Shown: positions 14,501 to 26,220 of the stretch, one piece after another
Position numbering within the stretch: position 1 is the stretch's first letter
Layout of the letters: each line of letters opens with the position of its first letter
Assembly: GCA_964016885.1 (NCBI GenBank)
Contig: OZ024747.1
Location: forward strand, 46,438,001-46,502,000
Length of the DNA stretch: 64,000 nt
Origin: Eledone cirrhosa
Lineage: Eukaryota
Direction of reading: 5' to 3'
Program-made: the position numbers and the translations under genes
Notes under the pieces: model-generated
The model's database searches: none
What the model was told of the DNA's origin: nothing
Seen by the model: the letters and a program-made list of their open reading frames with translations, nothing else

Positions 14501-14789
14501 TTAAATTAAATTAAAACACGTTCTTGAAAACCGTACCTTATCGCTCTCATGAAATGAAAGCCACACTGTTCCAGGTATTAGTATGGGTGAGACGAACGTC
14601 ATCACACTGCAGCCGTTGTATTACCTAGTTTCCATATCACGTGTGTGTGTCTGGTTGTGTGTGTATGTGTGTTTGTGTTCGTGTTTTGTTGTGTGTGCGC
14701 ATATTGTTTGCAAAACAATTCACGTGAAGTAAAACTGAAACAGGACCCGACCAATTCGGTGGCTGACAGAACTCATTATTATCTCCCTT

Positions 14790-14986
14790 TGGCGGTGGAT
14801 TGGCAGTATCGGTAGAGGGTTGGACGCTATGCTTTGACGCATAGAGTTACGGCCCTTGCATATTCTGAGTTCGAATCCCGCCAAAGGTTAACTTTGCCTT
14901 TCATCCTTACGGCGTCGATAAAATAAAGTACCAGTAATGCACTGGGTAATTTGCTGGCCTTGTGCCAAAAGTAGAAACAATTATTA
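14790..14986 (+). mobile_element. Meta-domain SINE
   Basis: Same family sequence with A/B boxes. Confidence 0.85.
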
Positions 14987-14993
14987 TCTCCCT

Positions 14994-15186
14994 TTGGCAG
15001 TATCGGTAGAGCGTCGGATAATATGCTTTACGTTCTGAGTTCAAATCCCGCCAAGGTTAGCTTTGCCTTTCATCATTACGGTGTCGATGAAATAAAATAC
15101 CAGTCAAGCACTGGGGTCGATTTAATCGACTTTCCCTTCCACTTCAAATTGCTGGCTTTGTGCCTCTAAACTAGAACCTGTTATTA
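14994..15186 (+). mobile_element. Meta-domain SINE, longer-tail subfamily, tandem
   Basis: A/B boxes, central domain, extra CACTGGGGTCGATTTAATCGAC segment. Confidence 0.8.
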
Positions 15187-15537
15187 TCTCCCTTCTGGTA
15201 GCTCTCTGGAAAGCAACTATTTAATCTAACTATACCCGCGTCTTCCGGGTGAGACACTATATAGTCTACTGTGGCCGACACTAATGACTAAATTATGTTA
15301 AATTATGTTAACATGCTATTTTGGCTGACCTGGCTTCATTTTTGTCCTGATTCTCTAATTCCTGTCGTATCTGACAAATATGATTAACACGTGTACACAG
15401 ATTAAATACTAGCCGTGTTCTTGTCGTTGTTGTTGTTGATGTAATTATTGATGCTGTAACTGACGTTAAAGTTGTAGTTTGGTTGTGGTTGATGTTCTTA
15501 CTATTGTTGAAGTATTTGTTGTTGATGATGTAGTTGT

Positions 15538-17360
15538 TGGTGTTGTGGTTGTTGCTGATGTTGTTGTTGTTATTGTTGGTGTTGTGGTTGTTGCTGGTGT
15601 TGTTGTTGTTATTGTTGGTGTTGTGGTTGTTGCTGATGTTGTTGTTGTTATTGTTGGTGTTGTGGTTGTTGCTGGTGTTGTTGTTGTTATTGTTGGTGTT
15701 GTGGTTGTTGCTGATGTTGTAGTAGTTATTGTTGGTGTTATGGTTGTTGCTGGTGTTGTTGTTGTTATTGTTGGTGTTGTGGTTGTTGCTGATGTTGTAG
15801 TTGTTATTGTTGGTGTTGTGGTTGTTGCTGATGTTGTTGTTGTTATTGTTGGTGTTGTGGTTGTTGCTGGTGTTGTTGTTGTTATTGCTTGTGTTGTGGT
15901 TGTTGCTGATGTTGTTGTTGTTATTGTTGGTGTTGTGGTTGTTGCTGGTGTTGTTGTTGTTATTGTTGGTGTTGTGGTTGTTGCTGATGTTGTAGTAGTT
16001 ATTGTTGGTGTTATGGTTGTTGCTGGTGTTGTTGTTGTTATTGTTGGTGTTGTGGTTGTTGCTGATGTTGTAGTTGTTATTGTTGGTGTTGTGGTTGTTG
16101 CTGATGTTGTTGTTGTTATTGTTGGTGTTGTGGTTGTTGCTGGTGTTGTTGTTGTTATTGTTGGTGTTGTGGTTGTTGCTGATGTTGTAGTAGTTATTGT
16201 TGGTGTTATGGTTGTTGCTGGTGTTGTTGTTGTTATTGTTGGTGTTGTGGTTGTTGCTGATGTTGTAGTTGTTATTGTTGGTGTTGTGGTTGTTGCTGAT
16301 GTTGTTGTTGTTATTGTTGGTGTTGTGGTTGTTGCTGGTGTTGTTGTTGTTATTGTTGGTGTTGTGGTTGTTGCTGATGTTGTAGTTGTTATTGTTGGTG
16401 TTGTGGTTGTTGCTGGTGTTGTTGTTGTTATTGTTGGTGTTGTGGTTGTTGGTGATGTTGTAGTAGTTATTGTTGGTGTTGTGGTTGTTGCTGATGTTGT
16501 AGTAGTTATTGTTGGTGTTGTGGTTGTTGCTGTGTTGTAGTAGTTATTGTTGGTGTTGTGGTTGTTGTTGATGTTGTAGTAGTTATTTTTGGTGTTGTGG
16601 TTGTTGCTGGTGTTGTTGTTGTTATTGTTGGTGTTGTGGTTGTTGCTGATGTTGTAGTAGTTATTGTTGGTGTTGTGGTTGTTGCTGTGTTGTAGTAGTT
16701 ATTGTTGGTGTTGTGGTTGTTGTTGATGTTGTAGTAGTTATTGTTGGTGTTGTGGTTGTTGCTGTGATGTAGTTATTGTTGGTGTTGTGGTTGTTGTTGA
16801 TGTTGTAGTAGTTATTGTTGGTGTTGTGGTTGTTGTTGATGTTGTAGTAGTTATTGTTGGTGTTGTGGTTGTTGCTGTGTTGTAGTTGTTATTATTGGTG
16901 TTGTGGTTGTTGTTGATGTTGTAGTAGTTATTGTTGGTGTTGTGGTTGTTGCTATGTTGTAGTTGTTATTGTTGGTGTTGTGGTTGTTGTTGATGTTGTA
17001 GTAGTTATTGTTGGTGTTGTGGTTGTTGCTGGTGTTGTTGTTGTTATTGTTGGTGTTGTGGTTGTTGGTGATGTTGTAGTAGTTATTGTTGGTGTTGTGG
17101 TTGTTGCTGATGTTGTAGTAGTTATTGTTGGTGTTGTGGTTGTTGCTGATGTTGTAGTAGTTATTGTTGGTGTTGTGGTTGTTGCTGATGTTGTAGTTGT
17201 TATTGTTGGTGTTGTGGTTGTTGCTGATGTTGTAGTTGTTATTGTTGGTGTTGTGGTTGTTGTTGATGTTGTAGTTGTTATTGTTGGTGTTGTGGTTGTT
17301 GCTGATGTTGTAGTTGTTATTGTTGGTGTTGTGGTTGTTGTTGATGTTGTAGTTGTTATT
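15538..17360. repeat. 39-bp minisatellite (~47 units); minus strand reads mucin-like TTTTPTITTTTSA repeats
   Basis: Unit ggtgttgtggttgttgctgatgttgtagttgttattgtt; several units carry frame-shifting deletions (e.g. ~16531). Confidence 0.95.
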
Positions 17361-17690
17361 GAAATGACAGGAGGTTTTATCAAATATTGTTAGTTTGATT
17401 AAGACAAGCAGTCTGTGTGTTGAATGTTGTTGGTAGAGAATTAATTGGTTAATGAATCTATCTGTCCAGATTAACAGCCAACGAAAGTTGCACAAACAAT
17501 ATTTATGCTGCATTTAACAATGAAGGAAAGCAACACCATTTCAGTGTATTTATTATTGTTGTATTGGTTGTATGTTGTTATTTTGGGTTCCTTTTTTATA
17601 ATTGATTGTGCGCGCGCGCGCGTTGGTATATGTTTGTTTAAAAAAACAAGCATTTTAATTGATTAATGGTCTAGATATCTCATGCTGCTG

Positions 17691-17746
<56 letters not shown>

Positions 17747-18216
17747 GGGAAGCAGCACTTCTCTCTCCACCACCATTTTTCTTTCAAAGTGAAACTTGAA
17801 AAAGTAGATGAGGTATTGGCCGAAGAGAAATGTCTGTCCTAAGGCCTTTCAACCTGGGCAACCACACAACTTATTTCGCTACTGCCACCAGACAGGAAAA
17901 TTGCTTGCTCTTCCCGGCAAGTTTTGTTTTTGTTTCTTTGTTTTTTTATTGTTTTTTTTATTGTTTCTGATCATGCTGAGTAACACCTTCACTCATTCTT
18001 GCTACCCTCTCCCAACCTCCTTATCATCTATTGCACCATTTATGTAATAAATTTTTGATGTAATTTTTTTATGACATTTTATGACATTTATGTGCGTCAT
18101 GTATTGTGTCTTTTTCTATATAGCACTGGCCTCGGGACCCCACTGCTGGTCCTTTAACCTTGTTCTGATGACGCAGCTTGATGGAGCATGCAACTAGTGA
18201 TATACTCTTGTTTATA

Positions 18217-18263
18217 GGCTCTGATGATTCCTGCCACAGGGTATGGATGAAACACTGTTAGCT
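18217..18263 (+). ncRNA. Type I hammerhead ribozyme (3' end of a probable PLE fragment, ~17747-18380)
   Basis: ggct-CTGATGA-t-tcc-tgcc-acag-ggta-t-gga-t-GAAAC-act-GTT/agct immediately followed by AATAAA. Confidence 0.8.
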
Positions 18264-18385
18264 AATAAAACAATGTATTTCTAAGCACTCTTTGGTTATT
18301 CCTAAACTTATAACGGATCTGTAGTATACTAGTTATCCTATATTGAGTTAAAACCACACTGTTTTACGAAGGGCAATATATTTGC

Positions 18386-18464
18386 ATGTCTGGGCATATT
18401 GATATACTTGTCAACGAAACTATATATATATATAGTTTCGTTGACAAGTATATCAATATGCCCA

Positions 18465-18469
<5 letters not shown>
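18386..18469. repeat. Perfect palindrome centred on a (TA)7 tract
   Basis: atgtctgggcatattgatatacttgtcaacgaaac-(TA)7-gtttcgttgacaagtatatcaatatgcccagacat. Confidence 0.9.
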
Positions 18470-18523
<54 letters not shown>

Positions 18524-19337
18524 TTCATTTTTTAATTTCTTTTTACAAGACTTCTTATCTGAAAACGTGTGTTGAAACAGATATTGTTATACTTTGGGAG
18601 GGTCATGATGCCTATAAAACACACGCATTTATTGGTTTTCACTTCAATTTATTATAAATTTCCGGTTGGCTGGTTGGTTGGTTGGTTGGTTCGATAACAG
18701 AATCGTTGTTTATATATTGTCAAAGCTCTTTTGTCAAACATTCTGTGACGTCCTCAGAGACTAGGTTTTAATTTTGTGTCTCTCCTTTGTTCTGTCCTAC
18801 ACCATCTTGCTTTTGTATATATATACGGAAGTCACCGAATTTATTACAGCCATGTCCAGCCATTAGTCACTCACACAATGAGATAATATGCTGGCGAGTG
18901 ACAAAGTAGAAACTATCATTCAGATTGTACTTAATAGTTAATTAGTAAGTAAGATGGCAGTGTTTCCGTAATGATACTTCCGCGTCGAATTCCTTGACAA
19001 ATCTCATTTTGGCGCAGAATTCTGTCTATAACTGTTACTAAAAGTGTTATATTTTGAGAATTGCCAAGTATCAACAATATTACGAAATTTAGGATGCAAG
19101 AACATCCTCAGCATTTTGAGCTTTAAAGTGAACATATCGGCACAGAATGCTAGATTGTCGAATCTAAACGTTCAATGCTGTAATGACACGTGACCTGTGA
19201 AAAAGAAGACATCTCATTAGAAAAATAATACGTATTAGTGAGTTGAATTTAAAAAATTGGAATTCCCGCCCCAAAAGAACTCAATCAGTTTCAAACATAC
19301 ATACATAGTGGGTGATTTGAAATATAAAATCGAACAA

Positions 19338-19389
<52 letters not shown>

Positions 19390-19395
<6 letters not shown>

Positions 19396-19786
19396 ATTAA
19401 ATAAATGGAAACTATATTTATAAAACCATATTTATTTCATTATATATATTTCAGGGATATCATATTAACAATATGCTATGCCTCCCTCAGACAAAATACA
19501 ATATAAACAGTTTTATAGAAATCAACCTTTTCAAATACAAGTCGATGTTGTTACGGTATGTCGAATCTATTTATCTATAAAACTGTTTATATTGTATTTT
19601 GTCTGAGGAAGGCATAGCATATTGTTAATATGATATCCCTGAAATATATATAAAGAAAATAAATATGGTTTTATAAATATAGTTCCCATTCATTTAATAT
19701 TGTAAATATACTCCAAATATTTGTCGAGTGCTTTTATATCAGTTATAAATATTTACTAGTTGTAACCCAACAATTTAAATATAACT

Positions 19787-19790
<4 letters not shown>
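19390..19790. mobile_element. PLE pLTR hairpin insertion (family C): arms ~19390-19518 and ~19574-19704 plus ~85-bp tail; HHR at 19595-19661 (+)
   Basis: Inverted arms; tattttgt-CTGAGGA-agg...cct-GAAA-tatat-ATA; related to 34213-34445, 50645-50900 and 54339-54412; (TA)n on both sides. Confidence 0.8.
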
Positions 19791-19869
<79 letters not shown>

Positions 19870-19871
19870 AT

Positions 19872-20109
<238 letters not shown>

Positions 20110-20112
20110 TTT

Positions 20113-20340
20113 GTGGAGGCGCGTGGCTGAGTGGTTGGAGAATTAGATTCGCAATCGTGAGGTTGTGAGTTCGATTCCCGGACCAAGCGATGCGTTATTT
20201 CCTTGGGCAAGACACTTTATTTCACGTTGCTCCTTCTACCTGGAGTTGCGACCGATAGATAGTATTAGCAATTGGAAAGACCAATGGAAACACTGTTTCC
20301 TCGGTCCGATTTGACAAAAAGTAGATCGCCTGTCGATATA
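20113..20340 (+). mobile_element. tRNA-derived SINE with CORE/V-like domain
   Basis: A box TGGCTGAGTGG, B box GAGTTCGATTCCC, CCTTGGGCAAGACACTT; second copy at 40975-41170 (-). Confidence 0.8.
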
Positions 20341-20383
20341 TGTATATATATATATATATATAAAGAAAAAGAGATGAAATCGA

Positions 20384-20789
20384 GTTTTTTGGGGAGGATG
20401 ATTGGGGTAGAGTTTAGCCACTTTTCATATATGTCTGCCTTGCCATTATTTTTTAGGAGGTTCCAAAGGGCGAATTTGCGGGCTGTGAGCTTTTGAGTCC
20501 ATATGTTGATTAGGGTGTTTTTCACTGAGTGGACATCTCGTAGATTGGGTTCTAACGGTTGTTCAAGCTTTTGGAGCATTGCTGTTTCAATGGCTTCGAT
20601 TAGCTTAGTTAATACTGGAGTAATATTCGTCTCTTGGGTATTTTCTGTTTCTTCGTGGGGTCCGTTTTTATAGATGTGTATTTGGTCCACTTTGTTGGTC
20701 AAAATTGAGAGTTTAGAGGAAATCTCTTTGAGTTCATTTAAGATGTCCTGGTTCAGTGAGTTGTTGTTTTGTTGAGACTTTGGTGGCAT
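20384..20789 (-). pseudogene. N-terminal fragment (~135 aa) of the element-encoded protein, truncated
   Basis: ATG ~20 nt downstream of the pLTR end; non-repetitive protein-like sequence (IWTQKLTARKFALWNLLKNNGKADIYEKW..PIILPKK); the rest of the listed ORF is read-through into repeat. Confidence 0.55.
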
Positions 20790-20955
20790 TTTCGGTCTTC
20801 GTGTGGTGGGTATATATTAGAAAGTGAGGTTTTTTTTTACAAAATGAAAAATAACCGAGGTGTCCTACACGAGTGAAAGTATAAAGAAAAAGAGATGAAA
20901 TCGAAAATGCAACTGAAGTCTTATTTTTTTTTAAAATATATATATTTATTTGGTT

Positions 20956-20993
20956 CCTTTACCGGTTTCGCAGTTCTTCTGCTTTTCAAAAGG
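20956..20993 (-). ncRNA. Minimal hammerhead ribozyme, U3-A8 core variant (mirror of 22191-22228)
   Basis: Reverse complement of the 22191-22228 motif. Confidence 0.72.
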
Positions 20994-22190
20994 TGAGTTG
21001 AGATGGAGGGTCTGTGGTTTTTCTCACATCTGGTTGGTCTCTGAATGTTACTTGTTTTATATGGAAAAAGTGGCTCGAAATTCCAGGTTTTTCGAGAAGT
21101 AATTTGATTGGTTTGTCAATAATTATAATAAATTTCGCGCCAGTTCGCGTTACAATAGTTCTTCAAATACGAGAGGGGGGGGGGGGGGTTGTCACAGGTT
21201 GTTTTTTCATATATGAGTGTTTGAATTTCTTTTTACTTGAAAAAAGGAGGCTCTCGAAGGCTTTTTTTTGGTTGGTTATAAATGAAATTTGGCTGTCACG
21301 TGAACAAGTTTTTATTACATTTTTGCGCCCTTATTTGGAAAACTATTCTGTAGTCTTTATAGTGAATGTTATGACAATGGAGAGATAGTGGTCAAGAGAA
21401 AAGGGATTGGGAGAAATGTTCTGGTTCAGTGAATATGGCCAGCTCGCCGGGGTGTCAGAGTTCAGATTTTCTATTGAGACTGAAGATATGTATGTTTATT
21501 TGTGTGCTTGTGTGTGTGTATGTATATACACACACAAAATATATATTCTCTCCATCTTAACATACTCGCACACACACACATAACACCCATATACACACAC
21601 ACACAACTCCCTCCCCAATCTCTACTAATAGAATCATCTTCCAATACACACATACACACACACACACACACACATACACACAAGCACACAAATAAACATA
21701 CATATCTTCAGTCTCAATAGAAAATCTGAATTCTGACACCCCGGCGAGCTGGCCATATTCACTGAACCAGAATATTTCTCCCAATCCCTTTTCTCTTGAC
21801 CACTATCTCTCCATTGTCATAACATTCACTATAAAGACTACAGAATAGTTTTCCAAATAAGGGCGCAAAAATGTAATAAAAACTTGTTCACGTGACAGCC
21901 AAATTTCATTTATAACCAACCAAAAAAAAGCCTTCGTGAGCCTCCTTTTTTCAAGTAAAAAGAAATTCAAACACTCTTATATGAAAAAACAACCTGTGAC
22001 AACCCCCCCTCTCTTATTTGAAGAACTATTGTAACGCGAACTGGCGCGAAATTTATTATAATTATTGACAAACCAATCAAATTACTTCTCGAAAAACCTG
22101 GAATTTCGAGCCACTTTTTCCATATAAAACAAGTAACATTCAGAGACCAACCAGATGTGAGAAAAACCACAGACCCTCCATCTCAACTCA

Positions 22191-22228
22191 CCTTTTGAAA
22201 AGCAGAAGAACTGCGAAACCGGTAAAGG
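22191..22228 (+). ncRNA. Minimal hammerhead ribozyme, U3-A8 core variant
   Basis: cctt-TTGAAAA-gcag-aagaa-ctgc-GAAAC-cg-GTA/aagg, then AATAAA at 22234. Confidence 0.72.
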
Positions 22229-22359
22229 AACCAAATAAATATATATATTTAAAAAAAAAATAAGACTTCAGTTGCATTTTCGATTTCATCTCTTTTTCTT
22301 TATACTTTCACTCGTGTAGGACACCTCGGTTATTTTTCATTTTGTAAAAAAAACCTCAC

Positions 22360-22431
<72 letters not shown>

Positions 22432-22437
<6 letters not shown>

Positions 22438-24060
22438 GAGTTAAAGAGTTAAACAAGATTCAATGAGTATATCAAAGAATTAGTTTTACAGTAGATTGGA
22501 AGCACTCTACGGTAATAATTTTTCAGAGTTATTAATATTAAAATACAAATATTAATAAAATAGATGTTCTTTTGATCAATTACATTTTATTATACATATT
22601 TCGGATGTACAACAGTACGTCCTCATCAGACAAAATATAATGATACATGACATACCCTGAGATGTTAAATGGTTAAGATTTAATTGAGGTAGTTATTAAC
22701 CTAAGAGAAAGTTTAACATTTATACCCTAATAATGAGAAAATGCGAAAACGTAATAAATTTAATAGAGAATGTGTGAGTAAGAAAAACGTTGCTTAATGT
22801 AACAGTTATAGAGATTTTAAAATGTATGATATTACAATTTACGTTTATCTGGGAAAACAGTCAATGAGAGCCACTGGAATATGATATATAGAGAGGGAAA
22901 GATAAGGGGTAATATATGTAGAAGGAGATTTTCCGAAAGTTAAACGGTTAAGTTTGAAAATATTTAATTTGTGCTATTTTAGGGTGAATAATCAACATTT
23001 TAGGTTTTTTTTTTTAAATTGCTGGTTATTTATATTTATTAGTTTTGCAAATTCTATAAGTGTGTTAACATTTCTAAACTTCGGAATTTTATGAGGATAA
23101 CATTTAAAGGATTTAACTTGCCAGCGGAAAGGAAAGTTTACACTGTTGAATATTTTCCTAAATGTAAACTTTACCGAAGATATTCATTGTCAACAAATTA
23201 GGTATGTAAAAGAGAGGAATTTAAAATACTCCATTCTTTGGACTAAACTTCGGAACTGTGGAATTTACCGCAACTCTAGTATATCAAATAACTGCGCGCT
23301 CTGTACAATGGAGAACCTGTTGATTATTAATAACTATGAGACCCTAATTAACAAAAAAAGTGAATTATTCTCTAGTTGCCTCCATAAAACTACGTCCACA
23401 TTCTTAGCCTCCCACAAAACTCGAAAAAAAGAGAGAGAAACACTTAACCATTAAAAACTTGGTTGTCAGACGTATAAAATCAACAGGGAAAAACATTAAT
23501 GGCCTTTAATATTGCACTTATAACTATCTATAGAAGAAATAACGCTCGAATGAAAGACACTTGTTCAATAACATGCCGGAACATTGATATACATAACATA
23601 ATATTAACTTTGATCCATACCATTATTTCTTGATTTCTCTATCTTTATCTTCCTATCTAAGTTTTAAATTATAGTTTAATATCCAACCCATACATTTTTA
23701 CGGAACTTATTTCTAACTGTGAATCTTTCATGTGTTTTTGATCTCTTATTTATAATATGTATGTAATTATATTTTCTACGTTTTTTTAAATATATCTTAC
23801 TGCATTTTTATATCCATGATTCAAATATAGAGCAAATATACAAACTATAAATTATTATAGACCTTATTTTGAACTCTGAATTATCCATGCATTTATTATT
23901 GTTTTTCTTATATATATATATATGTATTTAATTATAACACGTTCGAACTTTATTATATAAAATTATAACCGTTATCATTTACCTAAAGTATACTCTATCA
24001 ATAATACTTAATTTATATCCATATATACCTCCATGTATCTTTCTATACATAATTTTTAGT
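22432..24060. mobile_element. PLE remnant with 5' inversion: minus-strand pLTR/3'UTR (~22432-23130) joined to plus-strand GIY-YIG C-terminus and 3'UTR
   Basis: ORF 23146-23454 contains YSILWTKL..Y..CALCTME..II..LINKKSELFSSCLH, matching the C-termini of the two larger PLE ORFs; HHR at 22580-22640. Confidence 0.7.
22580..22640 (-). ncRNA. Type I hammerhead ribozyme
   Basis: ttatattttgt-CTGATGA-gga-c-gtac-tgtt-gtac-a-tcc-GAAA-t-atgt-ATA/ataaaatgtaa; 11-bp stem I. Confidence 0.8.
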
Positions 24061-24473
24061 TAACTTCTAAATTTCTAAATTTCGGGTGCACCGACAACGA
24101 TAAACGGAAAAAAATGAAACGAAATGTCATTTCCCACTCTTAGTACGGCTGTTACTTAAATATAAGTATGTATACGTACATACATATATGTATACAGACG
24201 TACAGTAGTATGTATATATATATATATATACATACATGCACACATATATATATATGTACGTATGGATTCACCGAACATTTATTATAATGGTCGGTGTGTT
24301 TGTAAACAAACATCCCGTATTAAGCCGTAGTGTCTAGCAACCATCGTTGCTCGTTTGTTCAATTTTTCGTTTCATTTTTTCCGTTTATCGTTTTCGGTGC
24401 ACCCGGCCGATTAACCCACTCGATATGCAAATTGGGCTACTCAGCCGTTAATATGCATAAGGTAAGTATATAC

Positions 24474-24560
24474 GTTCAACAATCTGGCAGGAAGGTATAC
24501 GTTGCTGACGATAGCTAATAAACTTGAAACTAGTACAGTGTTCCTTTGTCAGTGTTGAAC
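24474..24560 (+). ncRNA. Type I hammerhead ribozyme, retrozyme unit 1
   Basis: gttcaaca..ctggca..aagg-tat-acgttg-CTGACGA-t-agct-aata-aact-t-GAAAC-ta-GTA/cagtgt-t-cctt-tgtcag-tgttgaac; one stem II mismatch. Confidence 0.8.
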
Positions 24561-24897
24561 AAACGAGCAACGATGGTTGCTAGACACTACGGCTTAATAC
24601 GGGATGTTTGTTTACAAACACACCGAGCATTATAATAAATGTTCGGTGAATCTATACGTACATATATATATGTGTGCATGTATGTATATATATATATATA
24701 CATACTACTGTACGTCTGTATACATATATGTATGTACGTGTACATACTTATATTTAAGTAACAGCCGTACTAAGAGTGGGAAATGAAATTTCGTTTCATT
24801 TTTTCCGTTTATCGTTTTCGGTGCACCCGGCTGATTAACCCACTCGATATGCAAATTGGGCTACTCAGCCGTTAATATGCATAAGGTAAGTATATAC

Positions 24898-24984
24898 GTT
24901 CAACAATCTGGCAGGAAGGTATACGTTGCTGACGATAGCTAATAAGCTTGAAACTAGTACAGCGTTCCTTTGTCAGTGTTGAAC
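24898..24984 (+). ncRNA. Type I hammerhead ribozyme, retrozyme unit 2
   Basis: acgttg-CTGACGA-t-agct-aata-agct-t-GAAAC-ta-GTA/cagcgt with a long bulged stem I; cleavage predicted after 24959. Confidence 0.88.
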
Positions 24985-25321
24985 AAACGAGCAACGATGG
25001 TTGCTAGACACTACGGCTTAATACGGGATGTTTGTTTACAAACACACCGAGCATTATAATAAATGTTCGGTGAATCCATACGTACATATATATATGTGTG
25101 CATGTATGTATATATATATATATACATACTACTGTACGTCTGTATACATATATGTATGTACGTGTACATACTTATATTTAAGTAACAGCCGTACTAAGAG
25201 TGGGAAATGAAATTTCGTTTCATTTTTTCCGTTTATCGTTTTCAGTGCACCCGGCTGATTAACCCACTCGATATGCAAATTGGGCTACTCAGCCGTTAAT
25301 ATGCATAAGGTAAGTATATAC

Positions 25322-25408
25322 GTTCAACAATCTGGCAGGAAGGTATACGTTGCTGACGATAGCTAATAAGCTTGAAACTAGTACAGCGTTCCTTTGTCAG
25401 TGTTGAAC
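25322..25408 (+). ncRNA. Type I hammerhead ribozyme, retrozyme unit 3
   Basis: Same motif as unit 2; cleavage predicted after 25383. Confidence 0.88.
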
Positions 25409-25551
25409 AAACGAGCAACGATGGTTGCTAGACACTACGGCTTAATACGGGATGTTTGTTTACAAACACACCGAGCATTATAATAAATGTTCGGTGAATC
25501 CATACGTACATATATATATGTGTGCATGTATGTATATATATATATATACAT

Positions 25552-26220
25552 TCTAGGAGAAGGAAAACTCTGATATAACACCTGCAACCCTGATGGTATC
25601 CAATGATGTTGACTTGTTCTTCTTTTTGGTAAATATCATCTTGGTTAAGAGAGTGGGACTGGCTTTGTGCAGTGCCTTTGCTCACTATAAAAGCTTCACG
25701 GCACAGGCATTGCTTTATATCTGGAGATCTCTCTTCACTTGTCATCACATGATGCCATGGGCCCAGCACTATGTGTCAATAATTGTCACAAGTGTAGTGT
25801 TTGTACCATAGTTTTCAAGTCGCTGGCTGGACTAAAATGTTACACTTGTTCAGCGCATCGGCAGGGGTTCTCCTACATGGATATAAAGTAGTGGCCGTAC
25901 TCGAAAACGAGTTGGCAGCCACCATGTACGTACGTATCTATGTATATATGTGTTTATGCATGTATATACCCATATGACTATCAGCACTGCTGCAGTCCGT
26001 AGAGAGTATTTTTTCTCGTTTATTTGTACCCTTCTATACATAAACCAAACCGTTCATGTATCTCATCTTATCCTTGTTTCTTAGCTTTCATTCCCATTCA
26101 GTCAACCGTAATTAAAACCTTATACTTTTACGAATCTACCAAGGCTCATTCCTTCATAAACTTGTATTCATATATTCATGTGACATCATAAAACACATGA
26201 AAACGAGTTGGCAGCCACCA
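25552..26220 (+). mobile_element. Insertion interrupting the retrozyme array; starts with RTE-like 5'UTR sequence
   Basis: tctaggagaaggaaaactc..gatgatgttga..agagtgggactggc..cacaggcatt..ggcagcca is also found at 41612-41880; array sequence resumes at ~26220. Confidence 0.5.

Larger units (their letters stand above)
20362..22372. mobile_element. PLE-like composite: ~700-bp inverted pLTR pair (20811-~21518 / ~21665-22372) whose minus-strand arm continues into an ORF start
   Basis: Long reverse-complement arms, an HHR in each arm, LNRKSE(L/F) C-terminal remnant at ~21712, (TA)n flanks. Confidence 0.75.

Noticed and set aside
15479-17393. Val-rich and Leu-rich plus-strand ORFs as membrane proteins
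   Set aside because: Alternative frames of the 39-bp minisatellite
24455-24470. Spliced-leader RNA gene array (AAG/GTAAGT donor in a tandem unit)
   Set aside because: No Sm-binding site found downstream; the downstream sequence folds as a hammerhead
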